DNA of 8,928 nucleotides from a virus (Duplodnaviria; Heunggongvirae; Uroviricota; Caudoviricetes): IMG/VR virus record IMGVR_UViG_2657245131_000016; one strand, 5' to 3'. Shown piece by piece: positions 1 to 6,385 of this stretch (position 1 is its first letter; each line of letters starts with the position of its first letter). The notes under the pieces were generated by a model. It saw only the letters and a program-made list of their open reading frames with translations, ran no database searches and was not told where the DNA came from. The position numbers and the translations under genes were made by a program.

Positions 1-232
1 GAGCTTCATTTAACGCCTTACGCAGTTGCAGAATTTCAGATTCCAGTTCAGCCACCGTGCGGGAACCAGGAGTACCGAGCCCTTTTCTGGCGGCGGTAAC
101 CCATTGTCCTAAAGTGCCTTCAGGAAGAGATAATCGGGAAGCGCCTTCACTGATCGAAAGTTGATTTTCAAGAACCGTTCTGACAGCTTCGGCTTTGAAC
201 TCTTTAGAGTAACGTTGGGTTTTTCTGCTCAT
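1..232 (-). CDS. IS3-family transposase OrfA (IS600-like), first 77 codons; remainder outside the window
   Basis: Minus-strand translation from the ATG (complement of 230-232) gives MSRKTQRYSKEFKAEAVRTVLENQLSISEGASRLSLPEGTLGQWVTAARKGLGTPGSRTVAELESEILQLRKALNEA, which I recognise as the IS600 OrfA N-terminus. It is not in the ORF track because it has no stop inside the window. Confidence 0.85.
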   Translation of the reverse strand, partial: MSRKTQRYSKEFKAEAVRTVLENQLSISEGASRLSLPEGTLGQWVTAARKGLGTPGSRTVAELESEILQLRKALNEA

Positions 233-296
233 TATTAGCTCCTTCTGATGCCATTCTATTTCAGGAAGGAGTGTCCGTTAAACTCAGGCTACCTCA
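1..296 (-). mobile_element. IS3-family insertion sequence, IS600-like, partial (inner end with terminal inverted repeat; rest lies beyond the window start)
   Basis: The minus strand reads TGAGGTAGCCTGAGTTTAACGGACACTCC... from position 296, a TG-initiated terminal repeat about 64 bp upstream of the orfA start, the usual IS3-family layout. The boundary at 296 is inferred from the TG convention and recalled IS600 end sequence, not from an alignment. Confidence 0.8.
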
Positions 297-507
297 GGTA
301 TGTAATCATTCTGGCAATGCTTAATGCCGCTGCTTTTTCCAGATTGGTGATATCCTGCTCCAGAGCGGACAGATTTTCAGCCTGCTTAGCCCTGGCTTCA
401 TTGGCCCATTTCAGGTCCTGCACCGCCTTAATTTTCTGGTGCATCCACTCATAAAGTTCATCATCGGTATAGTCTGGCGCGATGATGACGGGGTCTCGTT
501 TCTGCAT
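289..507 (-). CDS. hypothetical protein (72 aa), second gene of the leftward early operon; stop codon lies inside the IS terminal repeat
   Basis: ORF with a GGAG Shine-Dalgarno 5 nt upstream of the ATG (complement of 505-507). The product MQKRDPVIIAPDYTDDELYEWMHQKIKAVQDLKWANEARAKQAENLSALEQDITNLEKAAAL... looks like a coiled coil. The last residues and the stop are encoded by IS sequence (289-296), so the native C-terminus may be lost. Confidence 0.5.
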   Translation of the reverse strand: MQKRDPVIIAPDYTDDELYEWMHQKIKAVQDLKWANEARAKQAENLSALEQDITNLEKAAALSIARMITYLR

Positions 508-579
508 GTCGGCTCCTTGTGGTTAGCGTTGCCTGCTTTTTAACCACGTCAGGCGAGGTGGTATCCTCTGAGGGGTCTG

Positions 580-936
580 TTACTCGAGAGGAAATTGGTT
601 ATGAATACAATCAAGTTTTCTTGCCCAGAATGTGGTGGCTAAGTCTTTGACACATCCTTTAAGCCGCAGGGCTCTGACAGTTTCGCGGGAGCCATCTGCA
701 AAAATTGTGGTCACCTTGTAACTGAAGATGAGTCCTCGCAGTTCGATGACGAAATCGTTGACAATATCTTCGGTGCACTCACCAGAGACTTTCTGAAGTA
801 AAGGCGCATACCGCTTAGTTACCGCTCTGATAACTCTTACCTGTCCGGCAATGGCGCTGATATCAATATAAAGCGCCATCGCTGTTTCTTTGCTGATCCC
901 TGGACGCCTTCCATTCTGATGTTTGACTTCGCCCAC
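580..936 (-). CDS. hypothetical protein (118 aa), first gene of the leftward early operon downstream of the repressor; GTG start
   Basis: ORF in the track; the first codon is GTG (complement of 934-936) with an AGAGGA Shine-Dalgarno about 8 nt upstream on the minus strand. No family recognised by eye. Confidence 0.5.
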   Translation of the reverse strand: MGEVKHQNGRRPGISKETAMALYIDISAIAGQVRVIRAVTKRYAPLLQKVSGECTEDIVNDFVIELRGLIFSYKVTTIFADGSRETVRALRLKGCVKDLATTFWARKLDCIHNQFPLE

Positions 937-1143
937 TGAGAAATCCTCTGCTTCCCCTTAACGCCGGGTAGCGGAACTGTTTGCTGAGAACACCGTGCGG
1001 TGTCTTGATGAGTAGAATTTAGAATAACCTAAGAGTTATGGTCAAGCTTTTTGTGTAGAAAAACCTAAGCTTCTTGATGTAAAAAACACAAGTATTTGAA
1101 AGTTTGTGCTTTTTATTACAGAGAGTTGCGAAAAAAAGGGGGG
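937..1143. promoter_or_regulatory. OL/pL-like control region between the repressor gene and the leftward early genes, with repeated operator-like motifs
   Basis: Direct repeats AACCTAAG at 1026-1033 and 1062-1069, and TCTTGATG at 1003-1010 and 1072-1079. The same AACCTAAG motif recurs inverted in the repressor/cro intergenic region. A weak hairpin plus T-run at about 1087-1114 could terminate the repressor transcript. Confidence 0.4.
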
Positions 1144-1551
1144 TTATTTATTTGCGCTTCTTTTGCGAGCTTTGAGTAGTTCTTCAAAAAGTTTGTTGAA
1201 ATTCTCAACTCGAGCACGCATCTCTGACAACAGAGCCTTTTGCTCTGACTCAGGCAGTGCGTCGAACAGTTGAAGCAACTCTTTTTGATCTTCTGTCAGA
1301 TTGACTGGCTGATTATCTGGGATCGGTTCGCCTGGTTGCTTATCTTCATCTCCAAAAAGAAGCCAAGTCGGCGAGCACTGAAGCGCCTGGCTCAGTGCGA
1401 ATAATCTCTTCCCCGCTGGCTGTGTTTCATCTCTTTCCCATTGAGAAATTGTTACGTGAGCCACTTTGACCAGCTTACCTAATGCGGCCTGAGACAGTTT
1501 TAATTTTTTTCGCCTGTATAAGAGGCGAGCACCGAAGGTTTCGTTTTTCAT
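1144..1551 (-). CDS. dicA: prophage repressor, DicA-like (XRE-family helix-turn-helix; no LexA-type S24 peptidase domain)
   Basis: 135 aa. The N-terminal helix-turn-helix (LSQAALGKLVKVAHVTISQWERDETQP), the FALSQALQCSPTWLLFGDEDKQP stretch and the C-terminal NFNKLFEELLKARKRSANK match my recollection of E. coli Qin DicA, which is also 135 aa. It sits divergent to a cro-like gene. The protein is too short for a C-terminal peptidase domain. Confidence 0.85.
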   Translation of the reverse strand: MKNETFGARLLYRRKKLKLSQAALGKLVKVAHVTISQWERDETQPAGKRLFALSQALQCSPTWLLFGDEDKQPGEPIPDNQPVNLTEDQKELLQLFDALPESEQKALLSEMRARVENFNKLFEELLKARKRSANK

Positions 1552-1627
1552 ATTAGGTAATTCTAATTTTTCTTGACTTAGGTTTCTCTACGATCTAGTT
1601 TTCTTAGGAAAATCTAAGGGGTTCGAT
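1552..1627. promoter_or_regulatory. divergent promoter/operator region (OR-like) between the repressor and the cro-like gene
   Basis: Candidate rightward promoter: -35 TTGACT at 1573-1578, 17-bp spacer, -10 TAGTTT at 1596-1601, then an AAGGGG Shine-Dalgarno before the ATG at 1628. Operator-like motifs: CTTAGGTT at 1577-1584 (reverse complement of AACCTAAG) and the inverted pair CTTAGG/TCTAAG at 1603-1618. The repressor ATG has no obvious Shine-Dalgarno, so it may be leaderless. Confidence 0.5.
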
Positions 1628-1855
1628 ATGTTGAAAATTGATGCTATAGCGTTTTTTGGCAGCAAAACAAAGCTTGCCAATGTCGCAGGAGTTAGGCTGG
1701 CAAGCGTTGCTGCATGGGGGGAACTGGTTCCTGAAGGTCGCGCGATGCGCCTGCAAGAGGCATCCGGCGGGGAACTTCAGTACGACCCCAAAGTTTATGA
1801 CGAATATCGTAAGGCAAAGCGGGCGGGGCGGTTGAACAATGAAAATCACCACTGA
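1628..1855 (+). CDS. Cro-like transcriptional regulator (DicC/YdaS-type), first gene of the rightward operon
   Basis: 75 aa, divergent from the repressor, with a good Shine-Dalgarno. Size and position match DicC (Qin) or YdaS (Rac). Family assigned by position and size, not by a confirmed alignment. Confidence 0.75.
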   Translation: MLKIDAIAFFGSKTKLANVAGVRLASVAAWGELVPEGRAMRLQEASGGELQYDPKVYDEYRKAKRAGRLNNENHH

Positions 1856-2390
1856 ACAGGTTTGTGAGGCTCTGGATACCTGGGTATGCCGACCAGGAAT
1901 GACACAGGAGCAGGCGACGATATTAATCACGGAAGCATTCTGGGCTCTGAAAGAACGCCCGAACATCGATGTTCAACGCGTCACGTTTAATGATGGCGAG
2001 GTTGATCAACGGGCGCTGGGCGTTAACCGGGTGAAGATATTCGAACGCTGGAAAGCTATCGACACCAGAGATAAGCGTGACAAATTCACGGCGCAGATTC
2101 CGGCAATTATGGAGGCTATCCGGATCAGCGATTTCAGATTGTATTGTGAAATTACTGACGGAAAAAGCATTACGTACATGATCGCCGGGTTAAACAAAGA
2201 ATATGGCGATGTGGTGGAGTCCGGGCTGCTTTTTGCGGATCCAGTTGTTGTGGAACGTGAGACTGACGAGCTTATAGAAAAAGCTATTGCTTTCAAGCAC
2301 GCGTATCGTCAGCAATACCAATATTACTTTGCAGATAAACAAATGTCTGCCAGGGGTTCGTATGAGTATCGATGCACTACGATGGGCTAA
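1839..2390 (+). CDS. CII-position protein, possibly YdaT-family
   Basis: 183 aa; the start overlaps the cro-like stop by 17 nt, suggesting translational coupling. The segment KIFERWKAIDTRDKRDKFTAQIPAIMEAI resembles what I recall of Rac YdaT, but that recollection is weak. The coding call is firm; the family call is not. Confidence 0.6.
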   Translation: MKITTEQVCEALDTWVCRPGMTQEQATILITEAFWALKERPNIDVQRVTFNDGEVDQRALGVNRVKIFERWKAIDTRDKRDKFTAQIPAIMEAIRISDFRLYCEITDGKSITYMIAGLNKEYGDVVESGLLFADPVVVERETDELIEKAIAFKHAYRQQYQYYFADKQMSARGSYEYRCTTMG

Positions 2391-3402
2391 AAAGGTGAAA
2401 ACCGGCAGTTCATCCAGTAAGTCAGTATTGACCTGGCTTGCTGATATGTGCGGTGCCGATTTGTGTGCATACCCGTCTGTATCTGCACTGGCAGAAGTAA
2501 CGGAACTGAACAAAAAGACTGTGCAGGACAGCTTACGACACCTGATGGAGATTGGGTTAATTGTTGATACCGGTGAGAGAAAAGGCAGAACAAAGCAAAT
2601 TGTGGTGTACCGACTTATCGGTGTAGAAGAAAGTGTTGCCGAGCCTGAATACACCCAAAAACGGGAGTCTTTAAAGGTGGGTAAAATTGGTGCTGTTAAT
2701 AAAAACAGTACCGAAAATGGTTATGTTTCAGCACAAAACAGACCCAAAAACAGAACTCTTAGCTGCATGGAAAATAACCAAAGACACCCAAATTTTCCAT
2801 CAAAGACACCCAAAAACGGATCACGGAACCCAAAGGAACCCAAAGATCTAAACCCCACACATAACGCACGCGAGAGTGCTCCGACCAGTGAGCAGGAAGT
2901 TTTGTCGTTACAGGCAGCCCCCCCTGTATTCCTGTATGGCCTGAGCGAACCCATCGGAAAATTCCCGATGAGCGATAGCTGGTATCCGTCACGGGATTTT
3001 CGACGACGGGCTGCGTTGTGGGGGATGGCTTTGCCGGAGACAGAATTTACACCTGCTGAACTTGCCGCCTTCCGGGACTACTGGGCAGCGGAGGGGAAAG
3101 TGTTTACGCAGATTCAGTGGGAGCAGAAATTCGCCCGTCACGTAAATCACGTCAGGGCGCAGGTTAAACCAGTCAGCAAAGGGGTAAACCATGCAGCAGC
3201 ACCAGGTGGCACCGCATCACGGGCAGTTCAGGAAATTCGGGCAGCACGTGAGCAGTGGGAACGTGAAAACGGATTTATCAGCGACGGAAACGGCCTGGAA
3301 GCTGTGGGAACTCATGGGGGTGGTTTATTCGAACCGCTGGACCCAGAAGAACGGGGCCGCACCTTCGAAGCTCTGGATTGCACAGATTGGCGCGATGACT
3401 GA
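2362..3402 (+). CDS. replication initiation protein, O-like (N-terminal winged-helix DNA-binding domain, C-terminal DnaT-like domain)
   Basis: Start placed at the ATG at 2362, which has an AGGGG Shine-Dalgarno 5 nt upstream; the track's 2287 start lacks one. The N-terminus MSIDALRWAKKV...SALAEVTELNKKTVQDSLRHLMEIGLI is typical of prophage initiator helix-turn-helix domains. The C-terminal part (SDSWYPSRDFRRRAALWGMALPETEFTPAELAAFRDYWAAEGKVFTQIQWEQKFARHVNHVRAQ) looks like the DnaT-type domain found in such initiators. A repetitive linker lies between them. Confidence 0.8.
   Translation: MSIDALRWAKKVKTGSSSSKSVLTWLADMCGADLCAYPSVSALAEVTELNKKTVQDSLRHLMEIGLIVDTGERKGRTKQIVVYRLIGVEESVAEPEYTQKRESLKVGKIGAVNKNSTENGYVSAQNRPKNRTLSCMENNQRHPNFPSKTPKNGSRNPKEPKDLNPTHNARESAPTSEQEVLSLQAAPPVFLYGLSEPIGKFPMSDSWYPSRDFRRRAALWGMALPETEFTPAELAAFRDYWAAEGKVFTQIQWEQKFARHVNHVRAQVKPVSKGVNHAAAPGGTASRAVQEIRAAREQWERENGFISDGNGLEAVGTHGGGLFEPLDPEERGRTFEALDCTDWRDD
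2741..2846 (+). repeat. iteron-like direct repeats (ACCCAAA core) inside the O-like gene; candidate replication origin
   Basis: At least five copies: GACCCAAAAAC 2741-2751, AAAGACACCCAAA 2779-2791, AAAGACACCCAAAAAC 2802-2817, and tandem GGAACCCAAA / GAACCCAAAG at 2825-2845. They fall in the linker between the two domains of the initiator, as the lambda origin does within O. Confidence 0.5.
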
Positions 3403-3856
3403 GCAGCAAATCCGGCAGGTCTGCCGCCAGTGCATGGACCGCTGCCGGGCGGGTGAAACATGGCCTCCGGACCTGGCTGAGTTTGTGGCACTGATTTCGA
3501 AAAGCGGAGCCAATCCATTCGGTCTGACGGTGGATGCTGTGATGGAGGAGTACCGCCGCTGGCGCAATGAGTCCTGGCGATACGACGGAAGTGATAAGTA
3601 CCCGTGGTCTCAGCCTGTGCTGTATCACATTTGCCTCGAGATGCGTTCAAAGGGGATTGAGCGCCAGATGACCGAAGGGGAATTAAAACGGCTTGCAGAA
3701 CGGCAACTGACGAAATGGGCAAAGCATGTTAGTAACGGCCTGAGCGTTCCGCCAGTCCGGCGACAACTGGCGGCCCCCAAACGCCCGTCGGGGCCAACGC
3801 CAATTGAGTTGCTGAAACAGGAATATGAACGCCGGAAAGCGGCTGGTTTTGTTTGA
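3191..3856 (+). CDS. replication protein P-like (lambda P family helicase loader)
   Basis: The segment ...WPPDLAEFVALI...VDAVMEEYRRWRNESWRYDGSDKYPWSQPVLYHICLEMRSKGIERQMTEGELKRLAERQL parallels lambda P as I recall it (PSPGQFVAWC...VYEYCRKRGLYPDAESYPWKSNAHYWLVTNLYQNMRANALTDAELRRKAADEL). The ATG at 3191 has an AAAGGGG Shine-Dalgarno 6 nt upstream, but gives a 212-nt out-of-frame overlap with the O-like gene. Alternative starts are 3314 and 3395; the latter forms an ATGA overlap with the O stop. Confidence 0.75.
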   Translation: MQQHQVAPHHGQFRKFGQHVSSGNVKTDLSATETAWKLWELMGVVYSNRWTQKNGAAPSKLWIAQIGAMTEQQIRQVCRQCMDRCRAGETWPPDLAEFVALISKSGANPFGLTVDAVMEEYRRWRNESWRYDGSDKYPWSQPVLYHICLEMRSKGIERQMTEGELKRLAERQLTKWAKHVSNGLSVPPVRRQLAAPKRPSGPTPIELLKQEYERRKAAGFV

Positions 3857-3889
3857 GTTGAGAAGTGATTTTTTACCGGGAGGAAATTT

Positions 3890-4624
3890 ATGGAGACTGT
3901 TTTTGACGCACTGAAAGCGATGGGAAAAGCCACGTCGGTAGAGCTGGCTGCGCGACTTGATATCAGTCGTGAAGAAGTACTGAACGAGCTGTGGGAACTG
4001 AAAAAGGCTGGCTTCGTTGATAAAAGCGTATACACCTGGCGTGTGGCTGATAACAACGTTCAGCAGGAACAGCCAGCGCCAGAAGAAACCACCACGGCAA
4101 CAGAAGCGAAAATCTCAGAGTGCGATTTAACCGCGACGATTGAACAACGCGGACCACAAACGGCGGATGAACTGGCTACGCTGTTCGGTACAACATCCCG
4201 CAAAGTTGCTTCAACGCTGGCAATGGCAATCAGCAAAGGTCGTCTGATTCGCGTAAACCAGAACGGTAAAATTCGTTACTGCATACCAGGTGATAATTTA
4301 CCAGCAGAGCCGAAAGTTGAATCGGTAGCGGAAACCGATGGTAAAGCCTTTCCTCAGCCAGCCGGTGTTGCGTTACCGGTACAGAAAGATGCAACACAGG
4401 AAGATATTAAAACAGAAACTGTGGCGGACATTGTGCAGTCGCTGCCATCGTTTACTGCAACGCGAGAAGATGATTTGATTTTGCCATCGCTGCATATGGC
4501 AAATCGCGAACTGCGTAGGGCGAAGAATCATGTCCAGAAGTGGGAGCGAGTCTGCGCCGCGCTGCGGGAGCTGAACAAGCACCGGGATATGGTTGCCGGG
4601 ATTTGTCGGAAGTCCGGGCAATGA
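3890..4624 (+). CDS. prophage protein with two winged-helix-like repeats, DUF1627-like
   Basis: 244 aa with a GGGAGG Shine-Dalgarno. Two similar segments ([30 protein letters not shown] and [32 protein letters not shown]) suggest duplicated winged-helix modules, followed by a charged, probably helical C-terminus. The DUF1627 label is from memory of prophage proteins at this position. Confidence 0.75.
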   Translation: METVFDALKAMGKATSVELAARLDISREEVLNELWELKKAGFVDKSVYTWRVADNNVQQEQPAPEETTTATEAKISECDLTATIEQRGPQTADELATLFGTTSRKVASTLAMAISKGRLIRVNQNGKIRYCIPGDNLPAEPKVESVAETDGKAFPQPAGVALPVQKDATQEDIKTETVADIVQSLPSFTATREDDLILPSLHMANRELRRAKNHVQKWERVCAALRELNKHRDMVAGICRKSGQ

Positions 4625-4753
4625 GCGGATGGTGCAGGCCTGAAATCATGATACTAACAATGAAGGTAAAATGCATCGGCAGTCTGATTGGTCGTAGTGA
4701 GGCGGCGGTCAGGATGAAAGCCCGGGTTAAGGGAATAAGCCTGATTCTGCGGG

Positions 4754-5065
4754 GTGATTTTCACCAGTCAACAAAATATCCGTAGCGCGATAACGGTCAA
4801 AAATTATGGCGCTGACACTTTTGTGCCACTGGAGATGACTGTACCTAAGTTCAGGGGAGAAGAACACGTCCGGTGGGATGGTCGGGCCAGATTTAAAGGG
4901 CAGGTCATGGCTCCAGCCTGTACGCTGGCAATGGAGGCTGCCTGGCGGGAAATTGATATGGGAACCACGCCACTCAGGGATTTACTGCCGGTCCAGAGAA
5001 TAAATTCCTGTTACGGTTACACCACTGTGATCTTGCAAGTGCAGGAAAGTAGGTCTACACGGTAA
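4754..5065 (+). CDS. questionable ORF (103 aa), possibly a remnant of a decayed gene
   Basis: Only sizeable ORF in a stretch of about 0.85 kb with no convincing gene. No good Shine-Dalgarno at its first ATG; an internal ATG at 4907 has AAGGG upstream. A second protein-like frame (VYTVTRVRVTFDVIPVETPDKFSLTGHAEGINLQIMDNYGYPARAGKSMPPLILSGRWT, about 5052-5232) starts where this ORF ends, suggesting a frameshifted pseudogene. Confidence 0.3.
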   Translation: MIFTSQQNIRSAITVKNYGADTFVPLEMTVPKFRGEEHVRWDGRARFKGQVMAPACTLAMEAAWREIDMGTTPLRDLLPVQRINSCYGYTTVILQVQESRSTR

Positions 5066-5291
5066 CGCGAGTGCGTGTAACTTTTGATGTCATTCCCGTA
5101 GAAACACCGGACAAATTTTCGCTGACAGGTCATGCAGAAGGTATAAATCTGCAGATTATGGACAATTACGGATATCCGGCAAGAGCCGGAAAAAGCATGC
5201 CGCCTCTAATTCTCAGTGGAAGATGGACTTGATTATACTCATTGCATTGTCAGAAATAGTTATCCATTAAAGGCTGGCTATTCCAAACAGG

Positions 5292-5319
5292 ATGTTGATT
5301 ACAAAAATGTAATCAACAT
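5292..5319. promoter_or_regulatory. perfect 28-bp palindrome (12-bp arms, 4-bp spacer) upstream of the AcfC-like gene; candidate operator
   Basis: ATGTTGATTACA aaaa TGTAATCAACAT: the arms are exact reverse complements. It lies in the AT-rich region about 165 bp upstream of the gene start at 5484. A candidate -10 hexamer TATAAT occurs at 5419-5424 and another at 5346-5351. Confidence 0.45.
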
Positions 5320-5483
5320 GTAAGGTTTATACTCTTCAATATGCGTATAATTTTCCTTATTTTGTTAACTTTAAATAACAAGCTATGCACGAGGTAAAGT
5401 CGGATAAGTTTATCTGGATATAATATATATTATTTGTAGTGTTTATAACTTTATTTCATGATAACCAATAAAAGGAGTTTTTT

Positions 5484-6242
5484 ATGAGGAACATAATGGC
5501 AGGTTTTTTAATATTCCTGTCTTCTGCTGCTTATGCTGATATCAATCTGTATGGTCCTGGTGGCCCGCATACAGCCTTGCTTGATGCAGCCAAACTTTAT
5601 GCCGAAAAAACAGGTATTATAGTGAACGTTCATTACGGCCCACAGAACAAATGGAATGAAGATGCCAAAAAAAATGCAGATATCTTGTTTGGCGCATCAG
5701 AACAATCTGCTCTGGCTATCATTCGGGACCATAAAGACAGCTTCAGTGAAAAAGATATTCAGCCTCTTTATCTGCGAAAAAGTATTTTACTGGTAAAGAA
5801 AGGTAATCCTAAAAATATCCGGAGTATTGACGACCTGACCAGACCTGGGATTGGCGTAATTGTTAATGATGGTGGTGGTACCAGTAATACATCAGGCACT
5901 GGCGTCTGGGAAGATATTGCCGGACGTAAAGGGAATATAGAAACTGTCGCCGCAATCCGAAAAAATATTATTTTATATGCGCCCAATAGCGGAACTGCAC
6001 GTAAGGCTCTTGAGAATCAGCCTGGAGCAGATGTCTGGATAACCTGGGCTGACTGGGCAGCCAGTAATCCAGAAATTGGTGATGTCGTGGAAATAGCGCC
6101 AGACTACGTGATATGGCGTGATATGAACATTACAGTACGTCAGGATGCAAATGATGAAACCCGTCGATTTGCAGAATGGCTACAAACCGATGAAGCGGCG
6201 CCTGCATTCAAAAAATATGGCTGGACCAGGAAAGGCACTTGA
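5484..6242 (+). CDS. AcfC/PEB3-family periplasmic substrate-binding protein (accessory colonization factor AcfC-like), secreted
   Basis: 252 aa with a strong AAGGAG Shine-Dalgarno 6 nt upstream. Signal peptide MRNIMAGFLIFLSSAAYA, then a mature N-terminus DINLYGPGGPH and motifs KKNADILFGASEQSALAI, LVKKGNPKNI, VNDGGGTSNTSGTGVWEDIAGR and KKYGW, which match my recollection of Campylobacter PEB3 and Vibrio AcfC. A hand count of the first 60 nt gives about 37% GC against about 70% in a 60-nt sample of the P-like gene. Confidence 0.85.
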   Translation: MRNIMAGFLIFLSSAAYADINLYGPGGPHTALLDAAKLYAEKTGIIVNVHYGPQNKWNEDAKKNADILFGASEQSALAIIRDHKDSFSEKDIQPLYLRKSILLVKKGNPKNIRSIDDLTRPGIGVIVNDGGGTSNTSGTGVWEDIAGRKGNIETVAAIRKNIILYAPNSGTARKALENQPGADVWITWADWAASNPEIGDVVEIAPDYVIWRDMNITVRQDANDETRRFAEWLQTDEAAPAFKKYGWTRKGT

Positions 6243-6243
6243 C

Positions 6244-6274
6244 ATCCTCGTCCTTCAGGACGTGGATTCTTTTT
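6244..6274 (+). terminator. rho-independent terminator after the AcfC-like gene
   Basis: Stem ATCCTCGTCC (6244-6253), loop TTCA, stem GGACGTGGAT (6258-6267) with one mismatch, followed by TCTTTTT, immediately after the stop codon at 6240-6242. Confidence 0.6.
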
Positions 6275-6361
6275 CCGGATGCCGCGCCAGCGGCATGTAG
6301 GGGCAGCTCACAAAACGGAAAAAATTGTACGCTAAGCCTCGCCAGGTGAACTGAATTCATT

Positions 6362-6385
6362 CCGATATGGGAATTCCCATATCGG
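6362..6385. repeat. perfect 24-bp palindrome CCGATATGGGAATTCCCATATCGG in the AcfC-hok intergenic region
   Basis: Exact reverse-complement symmetry about the central AATT. Function unknown: it could be a protein binding site, part of the hok mRNA 5' structure, or a small palindromic element. Confidence 0.5.

Noticed and set aside
248-454. 68-aa plus-strand ORF
   Set aside because: It runs antisense to the better-supported minus-strand gene 289-507 and starts inside the IS terminal sequence; no ribosome binding site.
1604-1966. 120-aa minus-strand ORF
   Set aside because: Antisense to the cro-like gene and the start of the YdaT-like gene, across the divergent promoter region; the Cys-rich product looks like a shadow ORF.
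2006-2654. Minus-strand ORFs 2006-2296, 2190-2654 and 2387-2593
   Set aside because: All lie antisense within the YdaT-like and O-like genes, which have ribosome binding sites and recognisable domains; these are shadow frames.
2721-3192. Minus-strand ORFs 2721-2954, 2759-2992 and 2989-3192
   Set aside because: Antisense within the O-like gene, partly over the iteron repeats; no start signals.
3278-4157. Minus-strand ORFs 3278-3628, 3312-3722, 3325-3567, 3625-4056 and 3963-4157
   Set aside because: Antisense within the GC-rich P-like and DUF1627-like genes, where long open frames arise by chance; the products are Arg/Pro/Ser-rich and low complexity.
4373-4676. Minus-strand ORFs 4373-4621 and 4452-4676
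   Set aside because: Antisense to the 3' end of the DUF1627-like gene; no ribosome binding site or recognisable features.
5768-5986. 72-aa minus-strand ORF
   Set aside because: Antisense within the well-supported AcfC-like gene.
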